A stretch of 64,000 nt of DNA from Octopus sinensis. Taxonomy: Eukaryota. The notes under the pieces are model-generated. The model was not told where the DNA came from, made no database searches, and was given only the letters and a program-made list of their open reading frames with translations. Position numbers and translations under genes: made by a program. The stretch covers positions 56,730,001 to 56,794,000 of the forward strand of contig NC_043009.1 in assembly GCF_006345805.1 (NCBI RefSeq), written 5' to 3'. Below, piece after piece: positions 28,230-42,437 of the stretch; the first letter of the stretch is position 1, and each line of letters begins with the position of its first letter.

Positions 28230-29357
28230 AAAGAGCTAATCCCGTTTCGTCTTTTTCGTTTAATGGTTACAAACACTTTCTGTCAAGCTCTAATAATACG
28301 GGAGGAGAAAGCACTGCCTGACCTCCGACGGACAGAAACGGATGGGAAATAAACTATTATAAAGATAGGCAGATCAGAGAGATTATTGCCAGAATGGAGG
28401 TGAGGAGAGGAGAGAGAGGAGAGAGAGAGAGGAGAGAGAGAGAGAAATAGTCAGCATTCGTCCAGTAGTCAGATCAACAGACAGTAAAATATAAAGACGA
28501 ATGAAAGACAGAATGAGAGCATAAGAGACAACGAAAGTAACTAATAAAAACTAGTAAAGACATAAGAGGTAGAAAAGAAAAGACAGAGATATAGAATAGT
28601 TTAGAGAAATTAGAGAGGTAACGTGATAGTATAACAGAGGCATAGAGAGTGAAAGAATTATACAAAAATGACTGAGAGAATAATAAAGATAGAGGATAGA
28701 GAAATTTGAGTGTGATATGGAATTTTATTTTTGGATAGAGAAATCTGTGTATGATTTGAAATTTTCTTTTGGATTAGATTTTGGAGTAAAAAGATACTTT
28801 CTGGTTTTACGATTCTCCCAGTCAATTCTTATTTCGTCAAAAACTCCGAATGTGTTATGACAGAAGCAAAACTTTCACCGATAACAATGCTGCTATAATT
28901 ATTAACTTCAGCGACTAACATGTTTGTCACTGAGTGAATGTTGTTGTTGTTATTGTTGTTGTTAGCGTTATTTTTCCAAATATTTGGTAAACTGCTCAAA
29001 ATAATTTCTTTTTCTATTACATATTCATTTAAATGCTCATCACTTTTTTACATTTGTTATAAGCACCTTTTCACGGAAACAACTTTTTGCACTAATTTTT
29101 GTATGTTATTGTACGCTGTTGAATTAATATTATGTTTTAGAGACATATTACATTTCTCTAGTAAACATTTTGACGTGAAAATGTCAAAATGATATAGCAA
29201 ATATAGTATGATTACATAAAACCGTTTTTTGTTTGCCCCAGAGTACTGGGGCAGACGTTCACAAGTACTCCAAGGAATATTTGTTTGGTAATGTTTAAAA
29301 TAAATCTTGGACAGAGAGAAGAAAAAGAAAGTCAAATATGATACTGATAGTATTATT

Positions 29358-29429
<72 letters not shown>

Positions 29430-29430
<1 letters not shown>

Positions 29431-29738
29431 GAAATGGAGGTAACCAGAATGTGGAATCTAAAAACAGAAACAATTCCTATCATAGTAGGTGCATTAGGCA
29501 TGATAAAAAAATATTCAGACAAATACATAACAAAAACACCAGGACTTACAAACACATATAACATACAGAAAATTGCACTACTAGGCACTGCACACATCCT
29601 ACGCAGAACACTTTCCATACAATAACCATCAGAGCATCACAACAAATCACAGCACATACCCAAGGCACACAGAGCTGCGCTCGGTAGTGAAGTGAAAGCA
29701 CGCTATAAAAATAAAACTACTGAATGATAATAATAATA
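29430..29738 (+). mobile_element. R4/Dong-like 3' end, family C
   Basis: MEVTRMWNLKTETIPIIVGALG...IQKIALLGTAHILRRTLSIQ*, a 3' UTR, and (TAA)n on both sides. Confidence 0.85.
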
Positions 29739-29985
29739 GCGATCACCTGACCAGACATCGGAAACCGGACATTGTTGTGGTGAATAAAGAAGAAAGAACT
29801 TGTATGATAAACGACATAGCCTGCTCTAGTGATAACAGGATCAATGTGAAAGAAAAAGATAAAATAAAATAAAAATAAACAATTAAGACGATTTGAAGTG
29901 GGAAATACGAAGGTTGTGGTCAATGAAGAGAATAGACGAGACACCAATAGTAATTGATGCACATGTAAGTATCAGCACTCACTTG
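29739..29985 (+). mobile_element. R4/Dong-like family A fragment
   Basis: gatcacctgaccagacatcggaaaccggacattg... is the reverse complement homolog of about 19540-19770. Confidence 0.8.
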
Positions 29986-30098
29986 TGAACGTTTGTATCT
30001 CTCCCACCACTTCCTCTCTGTCCGTGTGTGTATGTATTAAAAAAAGGACTACTGTCTTAAATACACTATTCATGCGGTGAGAGATATCCTCAGACACC

Positions 30099-30169
<71 letters not shown>

Positions 30170-30224
30170 GCACACACACACACATACACACGCATGCACA
30201 CACATGTATCATTTTTTAAACCTT

Positions 30225-30400
30225 TTTTATTTGTTTCCGTCATTGAACTACGGCCATCCTGGAGCAGTACCTTGAAGGGCTTGGTCGAACAAATCGACCC
30301 TTGTCCATATGCTTTTGTTTTCAGCCAGGTACTTTTTATATCGGCTCTTTTACCGGACTGTCAAGTTACAGGGAAATAAACAAACCAACAGCGGTTATCA
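30225..30400 (-). mobile_element. SINE family B-related 3' fragment
   Basis: gtttccgtcattgaactacggccatcctggagcagtacc...gtcgaacaaatcgaccc. Confidence 0.6.
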
Positions 30401-30480
30401 AACAATGAGAATCTTTTTTTCTCTCTCTCTCTCTCATACACACTCCCACACACCCACCTATATATATATATATATATATA

Positions 30481-30528
<48 letters not shown>

Positions 30529-30539
30529 ACATACACACA

Positions 30540-32029
30540 CACACCCATAATCACGCTAATAGCTTAGGAGTGAAATTTAGGATTTCTTGGTTTTCTATGA
30601 ATCGATTTAGATAAAACCTTTCCAAGCTGGTTTGCACACTATGGTAACACCATTGTTATTTTTTCATTACTCTGTGTAACGTCCTTTTTTTTTTCATTTC
30701 AGATTCTTCAGTTATTGGGTGAACACGCTAATAGCTTTGAATAAAAATAGTCCATCTAGACATTTTTCTTCAGAATACGAAGATTAATGATATATATATA
30801 CATTCAGTATATATTTATCAGAAAACCATAATAATATTATAACATTTATTGGCATAATGAATCATTTTGCTACATGAGAGACAAGGAAGAAATGATCCGA
30901 TTGTGGGACCTCCAAGACTGTGACTTCTAGGTATTTAAGGAATATTGGCTGCAAGTTACGTGGGAAACCTGGACAAACAAGCAAAGTCATTTTCACCGCC
31001 ACTGGACTTCCTCATGTACCGAAAACCACCAGAAATCGCATCCTCGGAACCATGGCTTCCGTGCGAGAACCTCTGAAACTGCCTCCTCACAGAAGTTTGA
31101 GGCTTCAATGGGCCCAAAAGTACGTGACGTCAGACTTGAGTTGTGTTCTGTTCACTGACGAACCTGACGGTTGGGCAAATGGTTGGGTCTATTTTGTAAA
31201 TGAACGTCACCAACGTTTTCGACTTCAACAACAGGGTGAAGGAGTCACGTTGTGGGCTGGTATCATTGGGGACAGACTTGTTGGCCCAGTCATGGTGCCT
31301 GAAGAGGTTAAAGTGAACACAGTCGCCTACTACAATCTCCTGAAGGAGATCTTGGATCCCTGGCTAGATGTCATACTGATGTCACTTCTAAGGAATCTCG
31401 TATTCATGCATGACAACGCTCCCTCCCACTCTGCTAGGAACACTCAAACATCCCTGGGGTCTTACGGCTTCCAAGGTGAAAAGTTGATGGTGTGGCCGCT
31501 ATCATCTCCGGATCTCAACCTTACCGAAAATCTTTGGGCCATCATTAAACAGCATGTTTATGCTGATGGACGTCAATTTACGTCGAAAGATGTTTTCTGG
31601 GCGACTATCAAAGCTGCAGCAAAGGCAGTCCAACCTGCTACTATTTAAAGAATTGACAGATTCCATGACTAAAAGGTTTTTGAAGTTATCCGTTGAAATG
31701 TGGCTAAATAATTCATCATGCCTATAAATGTTATAATATCATTATAGTTTTATGTTAAATATATACTCAATGTATGCTTAATATGTATCATTACCCTTCA
31801 TTTTCTGAAAAAAAAAGCTAATTTTATTTAAAGGCTATTAGCGTGGCTCACCCAAAAACTGAAGAATCTGAAATAAAAAAGAAAGAACGTTACACAGATT
31901 AATGAAAAAATAACAATGGTGCAGCCATAGTGTGCAAACCAGCTGGGAAAAGTTTTATCAAAATTGATTCACAGAGAACCGAATAATCCTAAATTTCACT
32001 CCTATGCTATTCTCGTTGTTCTGGGTGTG
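30540..32029 (+). mobile_element. Tc1-family transposon with ~210-bp IR/DR terminal repeats
   Basis: 30540-30750 is the reverse complement of 31815-32029. Internal direct repeat cacgctaatagc. TA at the right end. Confidence 0.9.
30920..31648 (+). pseudogene. Tc1 DD34E transposase remnant
   Basis: VLFTDE, FMHDNAPSH and WPLSSPDLNLTENLW motifs. N-terminus disrupted. Confidence 0.9.
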
Positions 32030-32279
32030 TATATATATATAATTGAGATTCAGTTGAAGCATCAAATAAGTGCGGTATTATCCGTACAGCTCAAAGTAAG
32101 GTCAATAAGTTCAATTAAACGGAGTCGCTTGAAATGGTCGTACTGCATCACCTCTTGATATCCTGTTGCTTATTTTGATATATATGTATGTATATATATA
32201 TATGTAAAAATGTCAAATCAATCGGATGAAAAAATGAATCGATGAAATAGGCAATAAACATTTTAAATTTTGAATGAGT

Positions 32280-35200
32280 CATTGAAAGAAAGGCACCCGG
32301 CCATCTGGGTAGGACCTTTACTTTTTAACTTGACCTCACTTACCTGGTGCCAATCGCACCCAGCTCGCTCACCACAGGATTCCATCTTTTCACAAACATA
32401 TTTCGTGACAGACACATCTTCTCTAGCCTGATCTTACTACCGAAGTAGTAAAAAAGTTAACCAACCCCTGGCCAGAGACAAAGGTACCTGTCACTGTACC
32501 TTTCACACGCGTCTTCCATATTGTTTCTTTTACTATAGCTACTACGCAGAGAAAACAAGACTTCCTTTCCCTATTAAGGAAAGGAGGTGGCACAATCTCG
32601 ATGATAGACTCAGCTGATAGCTGTATTCTTCCCATCACTGACAACAGTTGTTCGACAAAAGCTATCAGTCCCGATAACTTCGGATACTCCACGAATGCGT
32701 ACAAGACGGTTTCCCTATCCTGCCCACATCTCGGGCATGTCGGCGAGACGGCACTTCGTGCCTTGACAGCTTGTCACGAACAGGTAACGCCGCACGGAAG
32801 CACTGCCAATCCAGGGATTTCTGGTAATGATCCAGATACCCAGGCCCGAATTTTTCCTGAACATGTTGACCAACTGATTTTCATCGTAGCCAAGGGTCTC
32901 CCCCAAAGCGTCTTCTGACATAGATTCCACTAACCCGCTAAAAAAATCCGCGGTGGAACGCCTGCTGCCGATATTGCCCGCCTAAGAGAGTAGCTGGAGC
33001 GCCTGACGGCACTCCAAATGCCAGTCTCTCAGCTTAGGTCTCCGCTTGATCCATGCACCATTGTCCGTTAAGGACGTTAATTGGGGAAGGTAGAACCGAA
33101 CGTGCGGTGACCACACCTGCTCTCCATCCAGGTAAAGCCAGAGGTGCCTCAACCTTAAGACAAATTTTCGTATCCTCAGCCAAGGCATCCCTAGCCCACC
33201 CTGCACCACCTCCACCCTCCCTAGCAACGATAACGCCCGCCCAGACCATGCCTGGATTAGAGCAGTCACCTTGCTGGCCGCCTCACTCCAGTTTTTCTCT
33301 ATCTGGAGGTCTGGGCCAATCCAGACTCCAAGCAGCTTAACAGTACTTTCCGTCTAACGCCCCACGACGTTATTGGACGCCATCGGCTTGCCCCTCCAGG
33401 TGCTGAGTTGCAAACCAACCGACTTGTCCTTGTTAACCTTTGCTCCTGCCACCGCTTCATAACTTTTGATGACCGTTTCCACCGGTGGAAGCTGGCCCTC
33501 ATCAGCCACGATGATGGAAATGTCATCCGCATACGCGGTAGCTCCTCTTCCACATCATAGATCATGCGGCGCGTCCCCAAGTGCCTCCAACTTCTGCAGC
33601 AATGGCTCAAGAAAGTTTCCTAACCCTCCCTGAGGAGTAGCGTATAAGATGGAGATTGTCATGGATTGACCTGCTCGGGATAGCGCAAGTTTGTGCTTCC
33701 CCGATAAGTCCGACCACGACCCGCGCCAACCTTTTTTGCTAGCACCTTGGCCAAAATGTTTAACTCTGTGTTTAGCAGGGCCTAATGTTCCCTATCTCAT
33801 CCACCTTGCTCTGGTCCTTTCTGATCAACGTCACCACCCAGGCTCGCAGACTTGGGAATTCTCCCTTTCTGCTGCCAGTTGGCGTAAACACCGGCCTGTA
33901 GGTGCCCGAACAAGTCTGGCATACTTTTACTGAATTCATAGGGCAGACCATCGAGACCTAGCGACTTCTCCCCGGGGCACTCACCCAGCACCTCGATTAC
34001 CTCCTCGGCTGTGACTGGCCCTTCACAGCACTCCACCAGATAGGAAGTCCCTAAGGATCTTACCATGATCCAGCATCCCGCCCCTCCCGAACAACTCGGC
34101 AAACTGCTTGCAAAGCGCCTCACACATCTCGTCCTATCCTTCGACCGAAGTCCGTTTTCGTCGACAAAAGACCTAATTGTGATATCGTTGCCACGCTGGG
34201 TTTCTACCGTACGGGCCCATCTGGTAACATTAATTCCCTCACGGGCCAATGCTTGCACTTTAGCCTGAACTCTACACCCCTTTGAGGTGACGGTCCAATG
34301 CCGTTCTCGCTGCCAAAATGTGAGATGCAAAGCCCAACCTCAACGCTTCTTCTAAGTCCTCGACTAGTTGCCTTTCTATTCTGGTCTTATCTAGTCTTAG
34401 CTGTTGACTAAACCTAATGGACTCAAATCGAATGGCTCTGCATCCCCTGTACAATTGCTGTAACGCTCCGGCAGAGCCAATTTTGTGGGGTAGAGCATGT
34501 AATTTGCAAGAATTTTATACGATCCGCCCTGTTAAACAACAGGGCGGCCATCCCCCTTTCGGGTCAACCTCCGGTGGTTCTGTCACCTTCACACGGGAAG
34601 TCCGCCTTCCCATGTATGTTGGTAGAAATACCACCTCCTTTGTCTTCAGGGAACACACGGAATGCCTGCGAGCCACCTCTTCACTAGAAAAACAGACCCC
34701 AACTGCACCGTATGCCCGTCTCCTTGCAATATAGGGGCAGGAATTTTTCAATTTTCTCTTTCTCGAAGTGTTTAAATCTTCTGTTTTGTGGGCAGAAGGG
34801 TTTAAACGCTACGGTCCGTTTTTCTGTGTCGATCACACTGGACGAGGGTGATATTTTAACGTCACCGCCTTCCTTTTTCATTCTTTTAAATAAACCTTCC
34901 ACTTGATCGACAGGAATGTCAATATTTTCGGTTGCCATTGCGGCAACCACCAAAACTTTTTCACATTTTCTTGCTTACACTCTACGAGAGTACACCTCTC
35001 GTGTATAATTTCAACTGACATTCTTCGGTTGAAATTAATTTCACAAGTTAAATAGTTTCCCACAAAAATGAGGATTAAAAAATTTTCCTCTTGAAGAGGA
35101 GAACAGCTCACTAACAAAATTCAAATCCCACCCCCGTTAGGGGAAGGGGCAAAAAAATTAGTCTAAAAGACTATACACAGATTGACAAAACAACGTTCAT

Positions 35201-35415
35201 AAAAATGCCACAATGGTCAACAGTTCCTTCTCCTTTAGTTATTATTCCCAGTAAAACCGGGAAATAATTCAGTGATGTTCAACAATACATTTCAACGTTC
35301 AACAAATAACAATAACAATTCCAAACGGTAATCGAACGATTTCAACAACAGCAAAAATGCTTACCAGCAGTGAAAAAGCACGTACGACAAAAATTTCGGA
35401 AAGCAAACTTCTTAT
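32280..35415 (-). mobile_element. Tx1/L1-clade LINE, degenerate and internally deleted
   Basis: ORF1 start at about 34950. ORF2 pieces GEKSLGLDGLPYEF, TAYADDISIIV, GAKVNKDKSVGLQL and GGLGMPWL. No APE endonuclease seen. Confidence 0.85.
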
Positions 35416-35593
35416 CACACACACACACACACACACACAACACACACACACACACACATTATATGGTAATTCACATTTTCTAAATATCTTCGTAATGTTT
35501 CAGACAGTTTTTCTAAATCAGTGACTGTGGTTGCTGGGAAAAACATTAAATAGTTATTTGCAAGGGTCTCCTTCATCGAAAACCGGTGTTTAC

Positions 35594-35638
35594 CATACGT
35601 TGACGAGAGGCAAAAACCTTGAAACTATAGTCCGTATG
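35594..35638 (+). ncRNA. Type I hammerhead ribozyme motif (C3U, G10.1-U11.1 variant)
   Basis: CAUACG-UUGACGA-GAGG caaaaa CCUU-GAAA-CUAUAG-UC-CGUAUG. Palindromic ACUAUAGU stem III, GUC triplet. Stem I extends through tcgaaaacc/ggttttcga. Confidence 0.75.
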
Positions 35639-36609
35639 TATCACTTAGGTTTTCGAGGGAGGATAACCTCCCTTTGCAAATATCATAAGGGCACAGAAAT
35701 TGTGTCTAAGGCCAGCTGGAGACGTCGATCTCCTGGGGCTAAAAGCATCAGTAACCCCCCCCCCCAGTGGCTAGCCACATTCAGATGGCTAGTACAATTT
35801 ATGTTGTCGAGCGGTTACTGTTTACATCTCGTTCGGAGATTTATTAATGGTTTCATAACTCTTTTTTCTAAATGTTAGAAATGAAATACGTTATTAAAAG
35901 GAATAAAAAAATTGCCAGCAAATGTAAATATATTGCAAGTCCTAGAAAGATCCCAGATGATTACACCATACTGAATATTATATACGCAGATGGTAGACAC
36001 AAAACAAAAATAAAAATAACATTGCTGACGTTATCTACTAGTATTTCAATAGCCAAATCCATTTAGATTATAAATTCATGTCCTTTCCGTGCACATTCAA
36101 TCAAAAAACTGTGTTATTAAGTAAATTAATGAAGGTTTTCGTTTTTGTCTTTTATGTTTATCTAAAACCTCATTTTGATCCTTATTTATTCGCTCTTTAT
36201 GTTACTATCCCCACCTCTCTCTTTCTCTCGCCCTCTCTCTCTCCCCTTGTCTCTTTTTCTTTCTCTTTCATTTTACTCCCTCATTTTCTACGTTTCGCTA
36301 GCTCGACCTCACCAAGCTGTACATACATACATACATACACGCATACAGATATACACACATACTTATCTATCTATATATACATATATACATATACACACAC
36401 ATGTACGTATACGTGAGAGTGTGTGTGTGTTTGTACATATATTTATGCATGTATGTGTATGTATGAATGCACGTATGTATTAATATATATATATATATAT
36501 GTTCGGAGACATATACACTCACAGGCACATTAATGCTTGTGCACTCACGTATGTGTGTGTGTATGAATGTGTATGTGTGTGTGTGTGAGTATGCATATGC
36601 ATATATATT

Positions 36610-36800
36610 CTTTAATTCGTTTCAGTCACTTTGACTGCGGCCATGCTGGAGCACATCCTTTAGTCGAGCAAATCGACCCCAGGACTCATTCTTTGTAAGC
36701 CTAGTACTTATTTTATCGGTTCTTATACCGAACCGCTAGCTTACAGGGATGTAAACATCGCAGCATCGATGTCAAGCGATGTTGGGACACACACACAAAC
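36610..36800 (-). mobile_element. SINE family B 3' half
   Basis: gtttcagtcactttgactgcggccatgctggagcac...gtcaagcgatgttggg. Confidence 0.8.
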
Positions 36801-36808
36801 ATACACAC

Positions 36809-36875
<67 letters not shown>

Positions 36876-37054
36876 CCGTGCTGAAATATATCCGTGCTTA
36901 CATATTTATTTGATACATTTCTGAGGATATGCAAGCGCGAATGCATTTACTCCTCCTATGTGCGTGTAATGACTCTATAACTATAAATAATACACATACA
37001 CCTACAAACACTCTGACTCACATAGAGATGTGTTTGTTTATATATGAGTGTCCT

Positions 37055-37109
<55 letters not shown>

Positions 37110-37175
37110 TGTTGTGTGTGTGTGCGTTTGTGTGTGTGTGCGTATACATGTAAACATGTATGCATAGTTTACCAA

Positions 37176-38467
37176 GGCGCAGGAGTGGCTGTGTGGTAAG
37201 TAGCTTGCTAACCAACCTCATGGTTCCGGGTTCAGTCCCACTGCGTGGCATCTTGGGCAAGTGTCTTCTGCTATAGCCCCGGGCCGACCAATGCCTTGTG
37301 AGTGGATTTGGTAGACGGAAACTGAAAGAAGCCTGTCGTATATGTGTATATATATATATATGTATGTGTGTTTGTGTGTCTGTGTTTGTCCCCCTAGCAT
37401 TGCTTGACAATCGATGCTGGTGTGTTTACGTCCCCGTCACTTAGCGGTTCGGCAAAAAGAGAACGATAGAATAAGTACTGGGCTTACAAAGAATAAGTCC
37501 CGGGGTCGATTTGCTCGACTAAAGGCGGTGCTCCAGCATGGCCGCAGTCAACTGACTGAAACAAGTAAAAGAGTAAAAGAGAATATATGTATGTATATGC
37601 ATAAGTTTATAGGAGGGGCTGTGTGGTAAGTAGCTTGCTTACAAGCCACATGGTTCTGGGTTCAGTCCCACTGCGTGCACCTTGGGCAAGTGTCTTTTAC
37701 TATAGCCTCGGGCCAACCAAGGCCTAGTGAGTCGATTTGGTAACAGAAACTAAAAGAAGCCATCGTTATATATATATCTGTGGTGTGGTGTGTGTGTGTG
37801 TGTGTGTGTGTGTGCGTTGTGTTGTGTGTGCGTATACATGTAAACATGTATGCATAGTTTACCCACGGCGCAGGAGGGGCTGTGTGGTAAGTAGCTTGCT
37901 AACCAACCTCATGGTTCCGGGTTCAGTCCCACTGCGTGGCATCTTGGGCAAGTGTCTCTGCTATAGCCCCGGGCCGACCCATGCCTTGTGAGTGGATTTG
38001 GTAGACGGAAACTGAAAGAAGCCTGTCGTATATGTGTATTATATATATATGTATGTGTTTTGTGTGGTCTGTGTTTGTCCCCCTAGCATTGCTTGACAAT
38101 CGATGCTGGTGTGTTTACGTCCCCGTCCTTAGCGGTTCGGCAAAAAGAGAACGATAGAATAAGTACTGCTTACAAAGAATAAGTCCCGGGTTCGATTTGC
38201 TCGACTAAAGGCGGTGCTCCAGCATGGCCGCAGTCAACTGACTGAAACAAGTAAAAGAGTAAAAGAGAATATATGTATGTATATGCATAAGTTTATAGGA
38301 GGGGCTGTGTGGTAAGTAGCTTGCTTACAAGCCACATGGTTCTGGGTTCAGTCCCACTGCGTGGCACCTTGGGCAAGTGTCTTTTACTATAGCCTCGGGC
38401 CAACCAAGGCCTAGTGAGTCGATTTGGTAACAGAAACTAAAAGAAGCCCATCGTTTATATATATATC

Positions 38468-38510
<43 letters not shown>

Positions 38511-38733
38511 ATGTATGTATGTATCTATGTGTTTGTGTGTCTGTGTTTGTCCCCCACCATCGCTTGACAACCGATTGTGGCGTGTCTACATCCCCATAAC
38601 ATAGCGGTCCGGCAAAGAAATAGCGATAGAATAAGTTCTAGGCTTACAAAGAATAAATCCTGGAGTCGATTTGTTCGAATAAAGGCGGTGTTCCAGCATG
38701 GCTGCAATCAAATGACTGAAACAAATAAAAGAA
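37176..38733 (+). mobile_element. Cluster of family B SINEs within a 690-bp tandem duplication
   Basis: Heads at about 37176, 37611, 37867 and 38297. cgtatacatg occurs at 37141 and 37831. Confidence 0.85.
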
Positions 38734-38743
38734 TGTATATATA

Positions 38744-38887
<144 letters not shown>

Positions 38888-39017
38888 CATTTATGCATTT
38901 GTGTATGTAAATATGTATATATGCATATATATACGTATGTATATATGTGTGTATATATGTCTTTGAATGTATACATCTAGGTATGTATGTGTGTGTGTGT
39001 GTGCGTCTATCTATCTT

Positions 39018-39068
<51 letters not shown>

Positions 39069-40849
39069 TTCTTGTCTGACAAATGTATTGAGCGCATGTT
39101 TTAACAAAAGTAATTTATTATGGACAGATAATTAGTTGGAATATAGAGACGTAGTGGACAATCGTTTGCGCAATGACACGTTAGTTTTACTTGTATAGTT
39201 GAGAGTAGTATTGTTTGACGACACTGAAAATATTGTCTTTCTTTATATTTACTCGGTCATTAAATCATCATTATTTCCACATGTTACGATGTCGATTATG
39301 TTTTGCTAGCGTGCTCAGAAGATGGAAATGTATCTAATGTTACCTCCTGTGCTTTGGGAGGGAAAAAATGAACACAGTATACATTTCTGACATAAACACA
39401 AGGCTTGGCATCTTGCATGTCGAATAAAAGAAGAGAATATTTGGCTGGTACTTTGCCGGCCAGAAAAGGTTAAAAGGCAAATTCGAACTCGATAGGATTT
39501 AAACTAAAATGAAAGGAGAATTAGAATAATTGAATAATATTGATTTTTCCCCATTTCACTGTGTATGTATTTATATTAATGTTTTTCATTCTAAGCTCTT
39601 CCATGCTTCAAATTCGTTAGCATTAACTTAACTTCTATTTTATGTGGATGCGGTGATATCTGATCCAACTCTCTGTGGCTCTGACTTCAGTCCTTTGCGG
39701 ACTATCATTGCCTTATATATTTATTTATTTATTTATTTATTTATTTTTGAGGGTCGATAAAAAAGATACCAATTCAAGGCAGTTGAAGGACAGAACCGTT
39801 TGAGTGTCGAGTAAGATGCTTTGCGGAATTTGTTCCAGCTCTTTGCGTTCTAACATCTGCAACGATACTGACACCAAGCTTCGTCGGTCCGAGCGGCAGC
39901 ATTTTTCTTGGATAAACTTTAGTGTGATTGAGAGATGGGGCTCAAATATATGGGCAGCTGTCAGTATTTCTTTAAAGATCTTGCCTCAGACCTGCATAAA
40001 CATGTGCAGAAGCATGACCAACCTCGACCAGCAGAGGCCCTACGTATTTTCCAAAATGTTTGCTCTTCTGCAGTAACATAATTTTTGAAGTTCATCTGGA
40101 AACTATAATGAAGGAATCTCTTTGCTTTGTTGAATATATTATTAAAAAGCCGAAACGTTTGCACAGTTCTCTCCCGTACACCCTGAAAAAAGAATGTCAA
40201 TTTAGCAGTTGGCTAATATTTGATTATGTTCTCCATATAATTATTTCTAGTTAGCTTTCTGACGGTTATTGCATAAACCATATCAGCACTAATTTCCCTG
40301 ACAGGACTTTTACTTTGATTAATAGGGATGAGTTTCGTAAGTCAGCCTTCGAATTACTCAACAAATTCTGCAACATTTATTCAACACTTGGTCTCTCTTA
40401 TTTGCACATTCAAAGGTAAATACATACATATATTGTCAAAATAAACAAACAACACACATGAAAAGAAATTAACATGTTGCTGTTGACATGGAAGCCTAAG
40501 TTAAAAACTTAGGCGGTGAAGCCTACGTGAATTTGACTACAATAAAGCAAATTAACAAGTGGCAGTTGGCATGAAAATCTAACGGTCAAAATATCTTTCG
40601 ATGCAACGTCTAGAAAAGTTCAGCTATAGTAAGAGAAGCAATAGAGAAGTCAAATCCATTTCATATTCCTAGATTGAGGCTGTGAAGGTTTGGAAATGTT
40701 GAGTATGGATGAAAGAACTTTATTATTTCAAGCAAACCCCGGAAAACCCTATACGAAAATATGAAAAATTTGTAATATAAAAATAAAATAGGGACATAGC
40801 CGTGTTCTTAATGAAACATATAAGTAAAGCTGTTCAACATATATACAAA

Positions 40850-40928
<79 letters not shown>

Positions 40929-40929
40929 G

Positions 40930-40982
<53 letters not shown>

Positions 40983-41054
40983 GTCTGTCTGTCTGTCTGT
41001 CTATCTGTCTATCCCATCCATCTATCTATGTATATGTATAAATATATATATATG

Positions 41055-41503
41055 TATTGTTGTGACCCCCTGCACCTAGAAAGTTACCCTCCGAGGCACA
41101 AGTCTAGGCAAAGTTATTTGAAGAAGACCAGCAGTCGCCCATGCATACCGGCCTCCCCTCTCCATGCCACCGATGTTATCCAAGGGAAAAGCAAAGGCCG
41201 ATACAGCTTGGCACCAGTGACGTCGCAGCTCATTTATTAACATGCAAGTGGCCGAGCATTTCACAGACACGTGTACCCTTAACGTAGTTCTCGGGGAGAT
41301 TCAGCGTGACATAGAGTATGACAAGGCTGGCTCCTTTGAAATACAGGCACAACAGAAACAGGAAGAAAGAGTGAGAGAAAGTTATGCTGGAGCTTCGTGG
41401 AGCTTTAGGTGTTTTTGCTCAATAAACACTCACAATGCCCGGTCTGGAAATCGAAACCGCGATCCTACAACCGCGAGTCCACTGCCCTAACCACTGGGCC
41501 ATT
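41055..41503 (-). mobile_element. tRNA-derived SINE family C, composite
   Basis: Minus-strand head tggcccagtggttagggcagtggactcgcgg...ggtttcgatttcc with A- and B-box-like motifs. Confidence 0.7.
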
Positions 41504-42030
41504 ACATATATACAAATATACTTTCCCAATGTACCACAAGAAGTGAACTTCTTGACCACATACCTATGCCAGTGTCGAAGAGAGAGAGGAGAGAGAGAGA
41601 GAGAGAGAGAGGGAGCATTTATTTTCATGTTCGTATATGTGTGTTTGTGAATTTTTTCTTTGTTTCGTTTTCGATTTTTTCCTTTCCTATTTTGCATATA
41701 TATATATATATATAAAAAGTTGGAAAAATTGTTTTGGTATTATTTATTCACCATTACACATGTTTCATTTTCTAATAGGATTTACGAAATTACAAAACAA
41801 AATTTTACATGCAGGATAAACATGTCAAAAATTTCCTGTTAGGAATTCTCCAGGTAGAAACTCAATAATAGTTTTTGATTCTCTGAAGAATGTCTAATAG
41901 GAAATTTTGTAATTCCTATTAACAAATGAAGTTGGAAATTTTTTTTCCAACTTCTTTTGATATATTAAAATTCAGCAAAATATATTTCCAGAATGTTCAA
42001 CTCTAAAATGTACTTCACATCAATACAAAA

Positions 42031-42437
42031 GGCGCAGGAGTGCCTGTGTGGTAAGTAGCTTGTTTACCAACCACATGGTTCCGTGTTCAGTCCCACTGCG
42101 TAGCACCTTGGGCAAGTGTCTTCTACTATAGCCTCGGGCCGACCAATGCCTTGTGAGTGGATTTGGTAGATGGAAACTGAAAGAAGCCCGTCGTATATAT
42201 TAATATATATATATGTGTGCGTGTTTGTGTGTCTGTGTTTGTCCCACTAGCATTGCTTGACAACCGATGCTGGTGTGTTTATGTCCCCGTCACTTAGCGG
42301 TTCGGCAAAACAGACCGATAGAATAAGTACTGGGCTTACAAAGAATAAGTGCTGGGGTCGAATTGCTCGATTAAAGGCGGTGCTCCAGCATGGCCGCAGT
42401 GAAATGACTGAAACAAGTAAAAGATAGTAAAGAGAGT
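42031..42437 (+). mobile_element. Full-length SINE family B
   Basis: ggcgcaggagtg...gcaccttgggcaagtgtc...gactgaaacaagtaaaag. Confidence 0.9.

Noticed and set aside
33460-33515. Minus-strand ctgatgagg...gaaacggtc
   Set aside because: Coding sequence just after the RT YADD motif; flanks do not pair.
39780-40200. Possible exon or transposase remnant on the minus strand
   Set aside because: An acceptor-like site is present, but no recognisable motif, and the frames contain stops.
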